The notes under the pieces are model-generated. The model was given only the letters and a program-made list of their open reading frames with translations. It did no database searches and had not been told where the DNA came from. From contig CAYYLC010000001.1 of the NCBI GenBank assembly GCA_964472415.1, forward strand, positions 239,194 to 303,193: a stretch of DNA of 64,000 nt, written 5' to 3'. The translations under genes were made by a program, and so were the position numbers. The stretch is from an uncultured Gammaproteobacteria bacterium (GTDB lineage Bacteria > Patescibacteriota > Microgenomatia > Levybacterales > GWA1-39-11). This document shows, in pieces, positions 61,311 through 64,000 of this stretch (positions are counted from its first letter, which is position 1; each line of letters begins with the position of its first letter).

Positions 61311-62501
61311 ATCAAGATTATATGGATTACATCTCTTCAATCGATTTACAGTCTTTACTTAAAAGTACTTTGTGATGAGATATTCGGTAGGCATAATTTT
61401 GTAACTAGTGTTATATGGCAAAAAATTCATAGTACTAAGAACGATGCAAAATATCTTTCTGTTAATCATGATTACATACTTATTTATGCAAAGAATATAG
61501 ACAAAATCAAAATTCCATTGCTTCCTAGAACAGAAAAAATGAATGCAAGATACAAAAATCCAGATAACGATCCACGTGGACCTTGGCAATCTGGGGATCT
61601 TGTAGCTAATGAAGAAAGAACAAATGGAAGATTTGAAATTATTGGTCCAACAGGAAAATCATTTAATGTACCAGCTGGTAAACATTGGGTATATACAAAA
61701 TCTAAATTACAAGAAATGATCAATGATGACAGAATATGGTTCGGTAAAAATGGTGATTCTTTTCCAAGAAAAAAGAGGTTCTTAACAGAAGTTCAACAGG
61801 GAAAAAAAGCAGATACATGGTGGATCAGCGAAGAAGTAGGACATAATCAAGAAGGTAAAAGAGAAGTATTGAAATTTAATCCTGATGATGTATTTGCTAC
61901 TCCAAAACCTGAGAGATTACTACATCGAATTATAACTTTAGCTACAAATGAAGGAGATATAGTATTAGACAGCTTTGCAGGCTCTGGTACAACTGGAGCT
62001 GTTGCACATAAGATGAATAGAAAATGGATAATGGTAGAACTTGGTAATCATGCAGAAACACACATTATCCCACGTATGAAAAAAGTTGTTGAAGGCAAAG
62101 ATGGTGGTGGAATTTCTAAACTTGTGGACTGGCAAGGTGGCGGTGGATTCAAGTATTTTGAATTAGGTGAAAGCCTCTTTGTCAAAGATGGTGATCTCAG
62201 ACTTACTGTTATCAATCCCAAAATGTATAACGGTGCTCTCATCAGAGCTATATTGAAATTAGAAGGCTTCAAAGTTGTAAACCCTGATAATGGTTTGCAT
62301 GGTAAGTCTGGAACAACTGTAGCTCATGTCACAGAGCAGTATGTAAGCCAAGAATATATTGATACCCTACTCAATGAGATAGGAGATCAGGCAAAGTTTG
62401 TTGTTATATATGCAAAAACTATCTCAAGTAATGTAAAATTGCCTGATAATGTAGAGATAAAGAGAATACCAGATATTCTCCTAAAGAAATTTACCGTATG
62501 A
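61311..62501 (+). pseudogene. mod: Type III R-M methyltransferase Mod, 5'-truncated
   Basis: Frame is open from 61311. Mod-like sequence (YLKVLCDEIFG) starts at 61356, followed by NPDNDPRGPW, TPKPERLL and LDSFAGSGTT. No DPPY motif IV; an in-frame TGA lies at 61308. Confidence 0.75.
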
Positions 62502-64000
62502 GTAATAACAAAATTTTAGAAAAAATTACAAAAGAGTTGGATCTAAGAAAACCACAAGCTCAATCTCTAACAAAGCTAGATGCACTGATGTCTACTTTTA
62601 AGATTGGTGATGATCCGAAAGACATCGAGGCTAAGTTGATCGGTAGTCTTCAATTTGATACTGAGTTTCCATCATTTACATTTTCCCTTGCGACAGGTGT
62701 CGGGAAAACTAGACTGATGGGTGCGATGATTGCATATCTGTACTACACAAAAGGATTAAAGGACTTCTTTATTTTGACTCCTGGCGAAACAATCTACACA
62801 AAAACTATTGAAAACTTTACCAGTGGCACTAAAAAATATGTCCTACAAGGTCTAACAGACTTTCCTATGTTTAATGTTGTCACTGGTGAGAATTACACAT
62901 ATTCTGACTTTGGGAATAAACTTTTTGATGCTGTTAATGTCTATATCTTCAATATCCAGAAAATCTTTAATGAACGAAAAGATGTAGAGTTCCGATTTCA
63001 TAAGTATCAAGAAACACTTGGTTCTAGCTTTGCAGAGTTATTACAGAAGAAAGATCTTGTTATTTTGATGGATGAGAGTCATAGATATCGAGGAGAAAAA
63101 TCACTTCGGGCAATTAACCACTTATCACCTGAATTAGGTCTAGAATTTACTGCAACTCCTACCAGTAATAATGTTGTCCATAACTACTCACTTTCAGATG
63201 CTATTAAAGACGCTAGGCAAGCCCTAGAATCGCTTGAAAGTGGCGGCAGTGCAGAGAATGGGTATATTAAGATTCCTGGCGTTGTAGCTCGATCTGACAA
63301 CTTTGCATACGAAGGAGATATTGACCGCATAAAGTTAGAAGATGGAATACATCTACACAGACAGAAGAAAGCACTAATTGAAGAGTATATAAAGAATAAT
63401 AAGCTGAAAATGATCCTCCCTGTCACTTTAATTACAACCAAATCGATCCAACATGCAAATGAAGTAAAAGAGATGGTAACTAGTGATGACTTTTTTGATG
63501 GCTACTACAAAAATAAAACACTTGTTGTCACAAGCGAAAGTGAGGTTGATTCAATCAATCAGTTATTGCATTTAGAAGAGGCTCCACCTATCAACAAAAA
63601 TGAGATTGTTATTCACGTTGATAAGCTCAAAGAAGGATGGGATGTTCGAAATGTCTTTACAATTATTCCTTTTAGAGCCTCGATTAGTAAAACTCTTATT
63701 GAACAGACGATTGGTCGAGGCTTACGACTACCTTTCGGACAATTAACAGGAATTGAGATGTTAGATTCTCTAGATATTATTTCACATGATAATTATTCTC
63801 GTGTACTCTCTGTTGCTCATGAAGTTGCAGAAGGCATTTTAGTTAAGGAAGCAAAAACACGAGAAGAAATGAAGGTGGTTGAAATTAAACCTACTGATGA
63901 TAAAAAGCTAAGGGTAAGACTTCCAGCTGTAGAAACCAAAGTATATTCCTCAAACAATCTTGAATTCTTCCCTATCGCTATGAGAATGGATGAATTGAAA
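62498..64000 (+). CDS. res: Type III restriction endonuclease Res subunit (3' end outside window)
   Basis: ATG overlaps the mod stop (ATGA). Motifs: LATGVGKT, MDESHRY, EFTATP, KEGWDV, EQTIGRGLRLP. Not in the ORF track because it has no stop inside the window. Confidence 0.9.
   Translation, partial: MSNNKILEKITKELDLRKPQAQSLTKLDALMSTFKIGDDPKDIEAKLIGSLQFDTEFPSFTFSLATGVGKTRLMGAMIAYLYYTKGLKDFFILTPGETIYTKTIENFTSGTKKYVLQGLTDFPMFNVVTGENYTYSDFGNKLFDAVNVYIFNIQKIFNERKDVEFRFHKYQETLGSSFAELLQKKDLVILMDESHRYRGEKSLRAINHLSPELGLEFTATPTSNNVVHNYSLSDAIKDARQALESLESGGSAENGYIKIPGVVARSDNFAYEGDIDRIKLEDGIHLHRQKKALIEEYIKNNKLKMILPVTLITTKSIQHANEVKEMVTSDDFFDGYYKNKTLVVTSESEVDSINQLLHLEEAPPINKNEIVIHVDKLKEGWDVRNVFTIIPFRASISKTLIEQTIGRGLRLPFGQLTGIEMLDSLDIISHDNYSRVLSVAHEVAEGILVKEAKTREEMKVVEIKPTDDKKLRVRLPAVETKVYSSNNLEFFPIAMRMDELK

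Larger units (their letters stand above)
57070..64000. mobile_element. Integrative genomic island at tRNA-Glu (right end outside window)
   Basis: Serine recombinase overlapping the tRNA 3' half, replication-initiator-like gene, small hypothetical genes and R-M cargo. Confidence 0.8.

Noticed and set aside
61359-61723. Two short minus-strand ORFs
   Set aside because: Antisense to the mod-homologous frame.

Overview
Chromosomal window from a small-genome bacterium using genetic code 11 (TGA is a stop, e.g. in ftsZ). Gene content and style suggest Patescibacteria/CPR, probably Microgenomates; this is an inference. Bases 1-48.4 kb are mostly housekeeping: ftsZ (5'-truncated), typA, ileS, rodA, rplU-rpmA-parB, lepB, a six-gene glycan cluster, a full F1Fo ATP synthase operon, dnaE, gatCAB, murT/gatD, htpX/lemA, polX, pyrG, rplS, yraN, an ATP-grasp/aspartyl-protease fusion with a 7TM partner, ruvCAB, a P-type ATPase, greA and a class A PBP. 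Four tRNAs are present (Asp-GTC, Gly-CCC, Lys-TTT, Glu-TTC). The most interesting region is a five-gene surface cluster at 48.5-53.9 kb that looks like a fimbrial system. It comprises (1) a repeat adhesin ending in a pilin-like domain, (2) a small stand-alone paralog of that domain with an extra N-terminal strand, (3) a membrane-anchored Ig-fold chaperone-like protein, (4) a protein with a similar N-terminal strand and a dockerin-like end, and (5) a membrane protein with a cohesin-like domain. From 57.07 kb a genomic island sits at tRNA-Glu. Its large serine recombinase ORF runs antisense into the tRNA and stops in the anticodon loop. The island also carries a replication-initiator-like gene, small ORFs, a 5'-truncated type III mod gene and a res gene that runs off the window. 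Many genes have a -10 box 5-9 nt upstream of the start codon, suggesting leaderless mRNAs. All calls come from reading motifs by eye; no database searches were run.
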